Assembly: GCA_964542035.1 (NCBI GenBank)
Contig: CAZISZ010000001.1
Coordinates: forward strand, 1 to 40,102
Source of the DNA: an uncultured Ruminococcus sp.
Lineage (GTDB): Bacteria; Bacillota; Clostridia; Oscillospirales; CAG-272
DNA length: 40,102 nt
Direction: 5' to 3'
In this document: positions 25,343 to 34,526 of the stretch, piece after piece
How positions within the stretch are numbered: the first letter of the stretch is position 1
Layout: each line of letters starts with the position of its first letter
Position numbers and translations under genes: made by a program
Notes under the pieces: model-generated
Databases searched by the model: none
What the model saw: the letters and a program-made list of their open reading frames with translations, nothing else
What the model was told of the DNA's origin: nothing

Positions 25343-26791
25343 ATGAAGAAAAAAAGCAATTTTACACGCATTGCGGCGGCAGTGGCGATATCGTTAGCGT
25401 TATCGCTTATGCTCTCCTCCTGCGGATTTATTGAGATAAATTATCCCGGCGACGACACCGCGGCGGAGGAAACTTCCGCCGCGACCGATCCTCCCGCCGG
25501 CGGCGCGGAGACCACCGCGCCGCCAACGGTCATAACGTTTCCGGATCGCACTGCCGACGCCGTAAACGCTCTTGCCGCGTTACCAACGGTAGATCTCGGC
25601 GCGACGGATCTGATAGTAGCAAATTCACAAGCCGCCCCCGAGCTGTTTGAGCCGGAGGAGGATGACACGCTTAACACGGCGCGCCTTCGCCGCACCGAAC
25701 TTGCCTGCGAAAAGTACGATATAGAACTTACCGTTGTGCGAGCGGATGACGCCGAACTGCTTGCGGCGTTGCAAAAACATATGTCGTCGGGGGATTATTA
25801 TGCCGATCTTTCGGTGATACCCGCATCCTCCGCCGCGCTGTATTTTAACGCGTCTGTTGCCTCCAATCTGCGCGAACTTCCCTTTTTTGTAACATCGTCC
25901 GATTATCACAGCGCCGCTGGCGCGGGAATTGCCGGTTCATCCTGCTATTTTTACACGGGCGACGCTGTATTTGATCCCGATTCGGTTTGGACTCTTTATT
26001 TTAACCGTACTGCGGCGGGTGAGGAACTTACCGATTATCTTTACCGTCTCGCACTCGGCGAGGGGCTGACGTGGGAGGATCTCTTTGCCGCAGCCGCCAC
26101 AAGCGGGCTTCTTTGCGGAGATGACGGAGCAGACTCCGCGATCTGCGCGGATATTGTTTGCGCCTCCTTGGGTATAGAGTTCGTTTCTCATCCGCAGGGC
26201 AAGTCGCCCTCCGTTAATTGCGATATCGATGCGCTCGGTACGGCGAATACCCTCATAAGCAGAGTCGCTTCTCTTTGCGAGGTTAGCGGAGAGTCGTTTG
26301 AAAAATTTACGCGCGGAGAAGCGATCTTCCGTTTCGGTACCGTTTCGGACATTCGCCGTCTTTACAGTCTCAATTGCGAATGGGGTATCCTGCCCGTACC
26401 GATGGTTGATAAGGATTCCGCCTATATCACCCTCGGCAGCGAGTCGCGCCCCGTTATCGCCTGCGTGGGCGGCGCGGGACGTACCGAGATCTGCGGCGCG
26501 GCACTTGCGGCGATCGACGCCGCCTCCGGCGCGTGGCTCGGCGACGCGTATGCCGACGCGGCTCTCGATACCTGCTTGCGCGATAACAACTCCTACCTTA
26601 CATTGCGCCGTGTGTTGGATTCGGATATCCGCTTTGATTTTGCTTATCTTTATGCCGGAGCCACCGATGAACTTTACGGTGCTACCGTCGGCGCGGTAAG
26701 ATCCTGCTTTGAAGGGCGCGCCACGCTGCCCAATGCCATAAAGAACGCCCAAAGCGCCGCCAACCGCGAACTTGCGCGAGTGTTTGAGTAA
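25343..26791 (+). CDS. putative lipoprotein, function unknown (possibly solute-binding-protein-like)
   Basis: Signal peptide MKKKSNFTRIAAAVAISLALSLMLSSC with an LSSC lipobox. It starts 26 nt after the VanY-like gene. I read no diagnostic motif. Confidence 0.65.
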   Translation: MKKKSNFTRIAAAVAISLALSLMLSSCGFIEINYPGDDTAAEETSAATDPPAGGAETTAPPTVITFPDRTADAVNALAALPTVDLGATDLIVANSQAAPELFEPEEDDTLNTARLRRTELACEKYDIELTVVRADDAELLAALQKHMSSGDYYADLSVIPASSAALYFNASVASNLRELPFFVTSSDYHSAAGAGIAGSSCYFYTGDAVFDPDSVWTLYFNRTAAGEELTDYLYRLALGEGLTWEDLFAAAATSGLLCGDDGADSAICADIVCASLGIEFVSHPQGKSPSVNCDIDALGTANTLISRVASLCEVSGESFEKFTRGEAIFRFGTVSDIRRLYSLNCEWGILPVPMVDKDSAYITLGSESRPVIACVGGAGRTEICGAALAAIDAASGAWLGDAYADAALDTCLRDNNSYLTLRRVLDSDIRFDFAYLYAGATDELYGATVGAVRSCFEGRATLPNAIKNAQSAANRELARVFE

Positions 26792-26843
26792 ACGCCGAGC
26801 CTGATCAATCAATCATATAAAAGTGAGAAAGTGAGAAAAAGAA

Positions 26844-27098
26844 ATGAAAAAGTACGCTACCGTTCCGTACATCATCAAGGCAAAACGCTTTAAAAAGGAG
26901 ATAGAACGCCCTTGCATTAAAAATCATGCCGTATATTCGGTAGGCTTTTGTCGTGACCGCGATGAAGAGCCGCAGCATGAAGCTCATCTTGACGCCGAAT
27001 TCAGCGTTTCGTTACTTGATATATTTAAGATCGGCGCAATTGCCGCCGCCATCACGGCTGTTATGTGCACACTCATTCACGCGGTAACGCGCGATTGA
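26844..27098 (+). CDS. small hypothetical protein with C-terminal TM helix
   Basis: 84 aa. Codon usage resembles the neighbouring genes and the RBS is weak. The C-terminal hydrophobic segment is IFKIGAIAAAITAVMCTLI. Confidence 0.4.
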   Translation: MKKYATVPYIIKAKRFKKEIERPCIKNHAVYSVGFCRDRDEEPQHEAHLDAEFSVSLLDIFKIGAIAAAITAVMCTLIHAVTRD

Positions 27099-27163
27099 AA
27101 GATCTATTTTAAAACGCAGTTTTACAATCGGCTAAATCGACCTATGATTAAGGAGGCAGTATT

Positions 27164-27928
27164 ATGTGGGATCAAAACAAAGAAAAACTCGGTGTAACGG
27201 GTCACCGCGGATGTAAGGCTTATATGCCGGAAAACACGCTTATGTCTTTTCGCGAGGCTTTTCGCCTCGGAGTGGATGTTTTGGAGTTTGATATACAGCT
27301 CACGCGCGACGATGTTATGATCGTTATGCATGACGATATGGTGGATCGCACCACCGACGGTCACGGCGCGGTCTGTTTTAAAACGCTTGAGGAGATAAAA
27401 GCTCTCGACGCGGGAGTTAAATTCGGCTATCCGGGACAGCGCGTGCCTACGTTTGAGGAGGCGCTTAAGTGCATAGCGGAGGAATCCGCTCCGGATATGA
27501 TACTTAATGTTGAGATAAAGGAACAGCGCCCGCATGTTGTTGATGTTGCCATCGAAATGCTTGAGCGCTTCGGTCTGCTTGAACGTTCGGTCATAGCCAG
27601 TTTCGACGCGCAGACTCTGCTTTACGTAAACGATCATTATCCGCATGTGAAAACGCAGGGACAGCCTCCGGTAAAAATGAAGAGGTATGACGAGCGCGTA
27701 CTTGATAAAATGTACGGTATGGGCGTGCCCATGAGTATGACGGATGAGGATATCGACGCGTTGGTTGCCATGCTTGACGAGCGCGGCATACAGGCGTGGG
27801 CATACCATGCCGACGATCGCGCCGCTGCCGAGCGTTGCATGAAGTTCGGATTTACCAATATTACCGCAAACGATCCGCACGATCTTATCGCATACCTTGA
27901 CGAGATCGGTCGCCGTTTGGGCAAATAA
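27164..27928 (+). CDS. glycerophosphodiester phosphodiesterase (GDPD family)
   Basis: Motifs GHRG...PENTL.SF..A..LGVDVLEFDIQLT.D....VMHD. AAGGAGG RBS is present. Confidence 0.88.
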   Translation: MWDQNKEKLGVTGHRGCKAYMPENTLMSFREAFRLGVDVLEFDIQLTRDDVMIVMHDDMVDRTTDGHGAVCFKTLEEIKALDAGVKFGYPGQRVPTFEEALKCIAEESAPDMILNVEIKEQRPHVVDVAIEMLERFGLLERSVIASFDAQTLLYVNDHYPHVKTQGQPPVKMKRYDERVLDKMYGMGVPMSMTDEDIDALVAMLDERGIQAWAYHADDRAAAERCMKFGFTNITANDPHDLIAYLDEIGRRLGK

Positions 27929-27936
27929 AAAGAATA

Positions 27937-27976
27937 ATGATTGGGGATGTCTCGAATTCGAGACATCCCCAATCAT
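27937..27976. terminator. bidirectional terminator: perfect 40-nt palindrome centred on GAATTC
   Basis: ATGATTGGGGATGTCTCGAA / TTCGAGACATCCCCAATCAT sits between convergent genes, with T-rich flanks on both strands. Confidence 0.85.
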
Positions 27977-27977
27977 G

Positions 27978-28775
27978 TTATTTTGCGCCCGCGGCGCGTT
28001 TGCCGAATACTTTTGTCCGCATATCCGAAAGGTTATCCCGCGCACCGCGCATGATATAATCGTAATCGGTGCCGGTGGAAATGATATCTATCCCGAGATC
28101 ATGCCAAAATCCCGTCACCTCGGGATCGGTAGAACCGGTTGAAACACCGACGGGTTTTCCCGCGTCTTTGATTATCGATATTGCGCGGCGAATGTAACTT
28201 TGGGTTTTTTCTCCGAATACGCAGTTAAGTTCGCCAAGCGATCCCGAGAGATCGCAGGGACCGAAGATGAAGCCGTCGATATAAGGATTCTTGACGATCT
28301 CGGGCAGATTATCCACTGCCATGGCGGTTTCCACCTGCACAAAGCGGCAGGTTTTTTCGTTTGCCTCCGCTATGTAGCTGTCCATATCGTCTAAGCCGTA
28401 GCCGACTGCGCGAAGCGGACCGAAGCCGCGCCGCCCCTCGGGGGGATACATGCAAAACTCCATTGCCGCGCGCGCCTCCTCCGGCGTGTTGATCATGGGA
28501 AAGATAAGCCCGTCCGGTCCCATTTCCATTACCCTTTTTACATGATTGTAATCATTCATCGAAACGCGCACGATCGCGGGAGTGCCGCCCGCATTTACCG
28601 CCGTGATATGTTGGCGCAGGCTTGTATATGAATTTTCGGAGTGCTCGGTGTCTATCCATATAAAGTCATAACCGAGCCGCCCCAGTATCTCGCCGACAAT
28701 ACTGTCCGTCATTGAAATGTGAGTGCCCACAAGCTCGCCGCCGAGCTTATCTTTAAGATAACCGTTTCTTATCAT
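27978..28775 (-). CDS. HpcH/HpaI family aldolase (2-keto-3-deoxy-acid aldolase type)
   Basis: 265 aa. The sequence ..GYDFIWIDTEH...........A....G..AIVRV.......VKR.M..G.DG..FP...T.EEA fits the family. Confidence 0.8.
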   Translation of the reverse strand: MIRNGYLKDKLGGELVGTHISMTDSIVGEILGRLGYDFIWIDTEHSENSYTSLRQHITAVNAGGTPAIVRVSMNDYNHVKRVMEMGPDGLIFPMINTPEEARAAMEFCMYPPEGRRGFGPLRAVGYGLDDMDSYIAEANEKTCRFVQVETAMAVDNLPEIVKNPYIDGFIFGPCDLSGSLGELNCVFGEKTQSYIRRAISIIKDAGKPVGVSTGSTDPEVTGFWHDLGIDIISTGTDYDYIMRGARDNLSDMRTKVFGKRAAGAK

Positions 28776-28860
28776 TTTTTATTTTCTTTTTCCTCTCTTT
28801 GTGCTATAATAATGTCGTAATCCGCTTTATTCGAAAAGACCGTAAACTCGTCTATTAATT

Positions 28861-28888
28861 ATTATATCATCAGCCGTAAAATCGTCAA
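28861..28888 (-). promoter_or_regulatory. sigma-A promoter of the aldolase gene (TTGACG-16 nt-TATAAT, TGa extended -10)
   Basis: The minus strand reads TTGACG (28888-28883), a 16-nt spacer ending in TGA, then TATAAT (28866-28861). Confidence 0.65.
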
Positions 28889-28910
28889 AAACAAAGTCAC
28901 ATTACAGGGT

Positions 28911-28952
28911 AACAATATCACAATTTGATAAAGGTATCTTTGTGATATTGTT
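28911..28952. promoter_or_regulatory. 13-bp inverted repeat AACAATATCACAA-N16-TTGTGATATTGTT centred between the divergent promoters
   Basis: The arms are perfect, and the spacer holds an inner GATA-AAGG-TATC palindrome. The element lies 22 nt from the minus-strand -35 and 20 nt from the plus-strand -35. Confidence 0.55.
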
Positions 28953-28972
28953 TGTGTCGGCGGTGATTTTAT

Positions 28973-29003
28973 TTTACATCGTAAAACTGCGCAATGATAT
29001 AAT
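28973..29003 (+). promoter_or_regulatory. probable sigma-A promoter of the BNR-protein operon (TTTACA-19 nt-TATAAT, TGa extended -10)
   Basis: TTTACA at 28973-28978, TG at 28995-28996, TATAAT at 28998-29003. The spacer is long. Confidence 0.5.
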
Positions 29004-29099
29004 AATGTAAAAGCCGTAGCTTCCGAGAATGCTTTTTCGGCAAATACGGTAACCGAACGGATATTTTCACACCGCCTCGGCGGTGAGACGGAGATCAAA

Positions 29100-30326
29100 A
29101 TGAGAAAATATTTTACAAAGGATAATATCGATCCCAACAAGGACGCGGCGCTTTTGCCGCCGGACTTCCTTTATTACGAAGATCACCCCGAGGAGTGCTT
29201 TGATTGTCACGGCAGACGTTGGCAAAGCGCGGCAACAATAGCAAAGGTGCCGTCGGGGCGTTTGTTTGCGGCGTACAGCGGCGGCGGTCTTGACGAGGGT
29301 CCCAACAATTATAATTGCATATCCTACAGCGACGACGACGGATATACGTGGAGGCGCGATTACCTTATAATCGACCATCCCGAGATAGTGCGCATGCACG
29401 AGCCGATTCTTTGGGTGGATCCCGAAGGAACGCTTTGGCATTTTTGGGCGCAATCCTATGTTTATTGGGATGGTCGCGGCGGCGTTTGGGCTTCGAAATG
29501 TATAGATCCGAACGTTGATATGCCGCGGTGGAGCGAGCCGCGCCGCCTTTGCGACGGCGTTATGGCGTGCAAGCCCATAGTGCGGCGGGACGGCGCGTGG
29601 CTTTATCCCGTGTCGATATGGCATAACTTTGTAACACGCTTTCATTCTTTTCCCGAACTTGAAAAATCAAATGTCTATATATCACGCGATCGCGGCGAAA
29701 CGGTATCCTACCTCGGGAGCGCATACCATCCCGACACAACGTTTGACGAAAACTGCATTTGCGAGCGTGCGGACGGTACCCTGCTTATGCTGATGCGGAT
29801 ATCCGACGGCATAGCATACTCGGAATCGTTTGACGGCGGTGCCACTTGGTCCGCTGCCGAGAGATATTGCGTGCCGAGTCCGTCAGCACGTATGTATCTC
29901 GGAAAATTCCCCACGGGTGAGTTTTTTCTGATACACAACTATAACTTTACCGGGCGCAACAATATGGCTGTAATGCTATCGCATGACGAGGGGCGCAGTT
30001 ACGATGAGGTGCTTATGCTCGATACGCGCCGCTCGGTGGCGTATCCCGACGCGTTTGTTGATTCAAACGGCAAAGTGTATGCCGTTTACGATCGCGAGCG
30101 ATACGGCGATAAAGAGATACAGTTGTCAGTATTTCGTATTGAAGATATACTTGCGGGCGAATGCAAAACCGAGGGCGCACGTACTCGCGGCGTGGTTTGC
30201 AAATCTTTCGGCGCACCGCGCACCGCCGAAGAAAAGGCGGCGGGAACCCTCTGGCCTCGCAAATATTGCGATCCCCTGCGCCCGCCCACAACGCAAATAG
30301 ACCAGTATTTTAAGTCTTTTGTGTGA
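29100..30326 (+). CDS. BNR/Asp-box repeat protein, sialidase-like beta-propeller glycosidase (no signal peptide)
   Basis: Four Asp-box-like motifs: SYSDDDGYTW, SRDRGETV, SFDGGATW and SHDEGRSY. Confidence 0.7.
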   Translation: MRKYFTKDNIDPNKDAALLPPDFLYYEDHPEECFDCHGRRWQSAATIAKVPSGRLFAAYSGGGLDEGPNNYNCISYSDDDGYTWRRDYLIIDHPEIVRMHEPILWVDPEGTLWHFWAQSYVYWDGRGGVWASKCIDPNVDMPRWSEPRRLCDGVMACKPIVRRDGAWLYPVSIWHNFVTRFHSFPELEKSNVYISRDRGETVSYLGSAYHPDTTFDENCICERADGTLLMLMRISDGIAYSESFDGGATWSAAERYCVPSPSARMYLGKFPTGEFFLIHNYNFTGRNNMAVMLSHDEGRSYDEVLMLDTRRSVAYPDAFVDSNGKVYAVYDRERYGDKEIQLSVFRIEDILAGECKTEGARTRGVVCKSFGAPRTAEEKAAGTLWPRKYCDPLRPPTTQIDQYFKSFV

Positions 30327-30363
30327 TGCCGCTCTTATCATGTTTATGAAAAAGGTATCGCCG

Positions 30364-32070
30364 ATGATAAAAAAACAAGTAAAAAACATATTCGCCGCAT
30401 GGATTGCCGTAATACTTGTCTCGGTGTCGTTTTGCACTCTTATTTCCTGCGGAAACGACGTGCCGAACGTTCCGGCGGACAGCACCGCCGACACGGCGGC
30501 AACCGAGTCTGCGGTAATGACCGCGGCGAGCGCCGCAGAGTGTGTCGTAATAATAGGCGACAGCGCTTCAAGATCTGTGCGTGAATCGGCTATAATGCTT
30601 GCCGACGGTTTTCGCAACCTTTACGGATTTGAGCCGTCGATACTGACGGACAAACAGAGCGCTGGAGAAAATTACGCAGCCGAGCTGATAGTCGGCTGCA
30701 CCGACAGACAGGCGGGAGCTCCGTGGGATCCCTCGGCGCATCGCCGAGACGACTATTTTGTGGGGATTGATGCTGACGGCGGGCGGCTTTATCTGCTCGG
30801 CGGCAGCGATGACGCGGTATATTCCGCGGTTTACGATCTTGTTGCCTATATGATGAAACAACGCGGTGCGTCATTTGTTTTTACGTCCGCGGACACGATC
30901 GAGTACGTAGGCAGTTACTCGCTTGAAAGTATAATATCCGGTGGACGAGAGCTTTTTGGAGGCAGCGTGTCTTTTTCGGGCGATCCCGCGTATGCCGCCG
31001 CGCATAACGGTGTGCTCTCCTGTGCGGCTGATGTGCTGGCACAACGGCTTTCCGCACTCGGCGGTTACGATTTCGAATCCTCCGCGGAAGACGGCGGCGA
31101 TATACTTATAACGACAGCCGCCGCGCACCCGGAATACGCCCGCCTTATCTCGGGGCAAAATTCAGGTGCGGTGCTTACATGTGTTTCGGGACGCGCAGTG
31201 CTTTGCGCCGCCGATGACGACACTCTGCTTCGTGCGTTGGCAGATCTTTGCGAAAAGCTCGGAGATATCAAAACGCTTAATATCACGGAGGGAAATATGG
31301 TATACGAGTACACTGCCGCCGACACGATACGTGCGATGAGTTTTAATATTCTCGGACTTGAAAACAACATGACTCAGCGTATGCCCGCGGTTGAGTGGGT
31401 GATAGTTAAATCCTGCCCGGATATTTTCGGAATTCAAGAAGGCAAAGCGGAATGGATAAGCTATTTTGCCTCCGAATTCGGCGGTATATACGATACCGTA
31501 GGCGTTGGCGGCGGCGAGGAGCGCAATGCCAACACCTTTGATAACATCTACTACCGCACCGACCGCTTTACGCTGATAGAGGGTAAAACGATATGGCTCT
31601 CCGATACGCCGGATGTACCGGCAAGCAAGTTTGAATCTTCAAAGCGCGTGCGTATTGCCACATGGGCGCACCTGATCGACAAACGCACGGGGCGCGATCT
31701 GCTTTTTGTAAACACGCACCTTGATAACGCATCTAAGGAGGCGCGTATGCAGCAAACGAAAGTTCTTTTGGAGTTGCTTGCGGGTTTTGAGTGCCCCAAG
31801 ATCCTTTGCGGCGACTTTAATTCGTCCATGACCTCCGATGTTTACGAAAAATTGACATCCGAACTTGCCGATTCGAGAACCGTAGCCGCCGCGCGCGATA
31901 CCTACCCAACCTACAACCGTCTCGGCGACGGCGCGGGTTCGGTACTTGATTATATCTTCTTATCTCGCGATATCGAAATACTTACCTACCGTGTAAAAAC
32001 TGAGCTTTATCGCGGCAGTATCTACCCATCGGACCACAATGCAATTGTGGCGGAATTCAAGATCAAATAG
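30364..32070 (+). CDS. lipoprotein with C-terminal endonuclease/exonuclease/phosphatase (EEP) domain
   Basis: Lipobox in VSFCTLISCGND. EEP motifs are MSFNILG, FGIQEG, FVNTHLD, LCGDFNS, LDYIF and PSDHNAIV. The start is uncertain (30340, 30346 or 30364; the track gives TTG 30319). Confidence 0.75.
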   Translation: MIKKQVKNIFAAWIAVILVSVSFCTLISCGNDVPNVPADSTADTAATESAVMTAASAAECVVIIGDSASRSVRESAIMLADGFRNLYGFEPSILTDKQSAGENYAAELIVGCTDRQAGAPWDPSAHRRDDYFVGIDADGGRLYLLGGSDDAVYSAVYDLVAYMMKQRGASFVFTSADTIEYVGSYSLESIISGGRELFGGSVSFSGDPAYAAAHNGVLSCAADVLAQRLSALGGYDFESSAEDGGDILITTAAAHPEYARLISGQNSGAVLTCVSGRAVLCAADDDTLLRALADLCEKLGDIKTLNITEGNMVYEYTAADTIRAMSFNILGLENNMTQRMPAVEWVIVKSCPDIFGIQEGKAEWISYFASEFGGIYDTVGVGGGEERNANTFDNIYYRTDRFTLIEGKTIWLSDTPDVPASKFESSKRVRIATWAHLIDKRTGRDLLFVNTHLDNASKEARMQQTKVLLELLAGFECPKILCGDFNSSMTSDVYEKLTSELADSRTVAAARDTYPTYNRLGDGAGSVLDYIFLSRDIEILTYRVKTELYRGSIYPSDHNAIVAEFKIK

Positions 32071-32116
32071 CCGATCGCTGCTGTTCGGGGTCAAATAAGA
32101 GGAGGTAATGGTTAAT

Positions 32117-33649
32117 ATGCAGCTTATTCTCGGTATAGAATTCGGCTCAACACGCATAAAAGCAGTGGCAACCGACGAGCGCGGTAAAATTATTGCCTGC
32201 GGATCTCACTCATGGGAGAACGCGCCGGCGGACGGTATGTGGAGCTATCCTGTCGATGAGATGACGACGGGCTTGCAAAAAAGCTACTCCGATATGTGCC
32301 GCAATCTCGGTTATCGCCCGCGTCGGATAGACGCCATGGGCATCTCCGCCATGATGCACGGATATTTGGCGTTGGATGAAAACTATCGGATGTTGGTTCC
32401 CTTTCGCACGTGGCGCAATACCTGCGCCGAGTCGGAGGCTAAAATGCTTTCCGAACGTTTTGATATCAATATTCCGCCGCGCTGGAGCTGCGCACATCTT
32501 TTGCGCGCCGCGCGCCTCGGTGAGGATCATCTGGCGCAGATGCGGCATTTGACCACCCTTTCCGGGTATATTCACTATCTGCTTTGCGGCGAAAATGCGC
32601 TCGGCATCGGGGACGCAAGCGGAATGTTCCCTATCGACGGATCGGGTTACGATAGAAGACTTGTAAAAATATTTGAGGATATGCTTTCCGAATGCGGGTA
32701 TGATATCGACTTGCTATCCGTTCTGCCGCCGCCGATACCCGCGGGCAGGATCGCGGGGTACCTGAGCGCCGAGGGCGCGCGAATTTTGGATCCCACCGGC
32801 ACGCTTGCCGCGGGTACTCCGCTTTGCCCGCCGGAGGGGGATATGCAGACCGGAATGGTTGCAACAAATTGCGTCGCCCCGGGGGACGCAAATCTTTCGG
32901 CGGGCACATCGGCAAATCTTACCGTAATGCTTGCCTCGCCGCTCGACCGTCGATATGAGGGGATCGATACGGTGCTCTCCCCCTGCGGTACGCCCGCGGC
33001 ACTGCTGCATACAAACAATTGCACCTCCGAGATGAACGCGTGGGCGGATATGATAGGCGAGGCTGTACGCCTGTGCGGCGTTGAAATCGAACGCGGCAGA
33101 TTGCTTGATGTTCTTATGGCAGAGGCGGAGAGATCGCAGGCAGATGCGGGTATTGCGGGTTATAATCACACATCCGGCGAGCCCGCGGCGGGAACGCGGC
33201 ACGGTGCGCCGATGGTCCTTCGCCGCGAGGGCGCAAGGTTGAAACTTGCCGATTTTATGCAGATGCAGATATATTCCGCGCTTGCCACCGTGGCAATGGA
33301 AGCGGAAACGCTTTTCCGAGACGGCATACAGATAGAAAAACTGACCGCTCACGGCGGCTTTTTCAAGGCGCCGCGGGTGGGGCAGGCGGCAACCTCGGCA
33401 ATGCTCGGCGGTATACCTGTCACGGTAAATTCCGCGTCCGATGCCGGCGGCGCATGGGGTATAGCTCTGCTTGCATGTATTATTGCGCGCGGTTGCACAC
33501 TTGGAGAACTGATGCGCGAGGTTTTTTCGAATTCCGAAAGCCAAACGCTTACGGCGAACGCCGAGGAAATTAAAAAATGCCGGGCGTATATGGAACTTCA
33601 TAAAAAATATCTGCCCGCCGCGCGTATAGCGGGCGAATGGGAGGATTAA
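32117..33649 (+). CDS. FGGY family carbohydrate kinase (ribulokinase/xylulokinase-like)
   Basis: N-terminus LILGIEFGSTRIKAV and the overall FGGY layout. GAGGAGG lies 11 nt upstream of ATG 32117; the track's start at 32108 is too close to the RBS. Confidence 0.8.
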   Translation: MQLILGIEFGSTRIKAVATDERGKIIACGSHSWENAPADGMWSYPVDEMTTGLQKSYSDMCRNLGYRPRRIDAMGISAMMHGYLALDENYRMLVPFRTWRNTCAESEAKMLSERFDINIPPRWSCAHLLRAARLGEDHLAQMRHLTTLSGYIHYLLCGENALGIGDASGMFPIDGSGYDRRLVKIFEDMLSECGYDIDLLSVLPPPIPAGRIAGYLSAEGARILDPTGTLAAGTPLCPPEGDMQTGMVATNCVAPGDANLSAGTSANLTVMLASPLDRRYEGIDTVLSPCGTPAALLHTNNCTSEMNAWADMIGEAVRLCGVEIERGRLLDVLMAEAERSQADAGIAGYNHTSGEPAAGTRHGAPMVLRREGARLKLADFMQMQIYSALATVAMEAETLFRDGIQIEKLTAHGGFFKAPRVGQAATSAMLGGIPVTVNSASDAGGAWGIALLACIIARGCTLGELMREVFSNSESQTLTANAEEIKKCRAYMELHKKYLPAARIAGEWED

Positions 33650-33650
33650 A

Positions 33651-34382
33651 ATGCGGAAGAATGACGAAAAGATATTATCAGCGGAACTTTGTGATCTTCG
33701 CGAGCGCGTTTACCGTGCCAATCTTGATCTTGTAAAAAACAAACTCGTGCTCTTTACGTGGGGCAATGTTTCCGCTATCGATCGCGCCTCGGGACTTGTG
33801 GTGATCAAGCCGAGTGGTGTAAAGTATGAAGATATGTGTGCCGAGGACATGGTCATCACCGATCTTGACGGCAGGGTGGTTTTCGGCTCTCTTTGTCCGT
33901 CAACCGATCTGCAAACTCATCTTGAACTTTATCGCGCTCACCCCGAGATAGGCGGCGTGGTGCACACGCATTCAACTTACGCCACCGCCTTTGCGCAAGC
34001 CGAACGCGCGATTCCCATGTACGGCACCACTCACGCCGATTATTTTCACGGCGATATTCCATGTGCGCGAACCATACGCGCCGACGAAACCGAAGAATAC
34101 GAGCTGAACACCGGGCGCGTGATAAACGAAAAGGTTACGGATGTTTTTGGCATTCCCGCCTGCCTTGCCGCCCACCATGGGGTTTTTACATGGGGACGAA
34201 ATGCCGACGAGGCGGTGTACAACGCAACCGTGGCAGAAGAAGTTGCCAAAATGGCGCAGCTGACCGAGCAAGCGGCGCGATATGCGGGCGGGGAGGCGCT
34301 CCCGCTCTCTGCACATATTGCGGATAAGCACTACGAGCGCAAGCACGGCAGCGGCGCATACTACGGACAAAACAAGAAATAA
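33651..34382 (+). CDS. araD: L-ribulose-5-phosphate 4-epimerase (class II aldolase/adducin family)
   Basis: Motifs LVLFTWGNVSAIDR..GLVVIKPSGV.YE.M...DMV..DL.G and HTHS.YATAFAQA. Its GGGAGGA RBS overlaps the kinase stop. Confidence 0.85.
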   Translation: MRKNDEKILSAELCDLRERVYRANLDLVKNKLVLFTWGNVSAIDRASGLVVIKPSGVKYEDMCAEDMVITDLDGRVVFGSLCPSTDLQTHLELYRAHPEIGGVVHTHSTYATAFAQAERAIPMYGTTHADYFHGDIPCARTIRADETEEYELNTGRVINEKVTDVFGIPACLAAHHGVFTWGRNADEAVYNATVAEEVAKMAQLTEQAARYAGGEALPLSAHIADKHYERKHGSGAYYGQNKK

Positions 34383-34474
34383 GCAAAAACTCTCTGCCGC
34401 GCGGCGATTCGCGCCCGCGATCTGCCAACAAAGACCGACATAAAGCGAATAACGCACGGTAAGAGAAGACAAAA

Positions 34475-34511
34475 ACGGACTGTTAAAAACAAAGAGTTTT
34501 TAACAGTCCGT
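34475..34511. terminator. bidirectional terminator (16-bp stem)
   Basis: ACGGACTGTTAAAAAC-AAAGA-GTTTTTAACAGTCCGT, flanked by CAAAAA on one side and CGATTTTATTT on the other. Confidence 0.85.
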
Positions 34512-34526
34512 CGATTTTATTTATTT

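Noticed and set aside
28309-28317. DnaA-box-like TTATCCACT; I looked for oriC because parAB and parS are present
   Set aside because: It is a single 8/9 match inside the aldolase CDS. There is no cluster of DnaA boxes or AT-rich unwinding element anywhere in the window, so oriC is not here.
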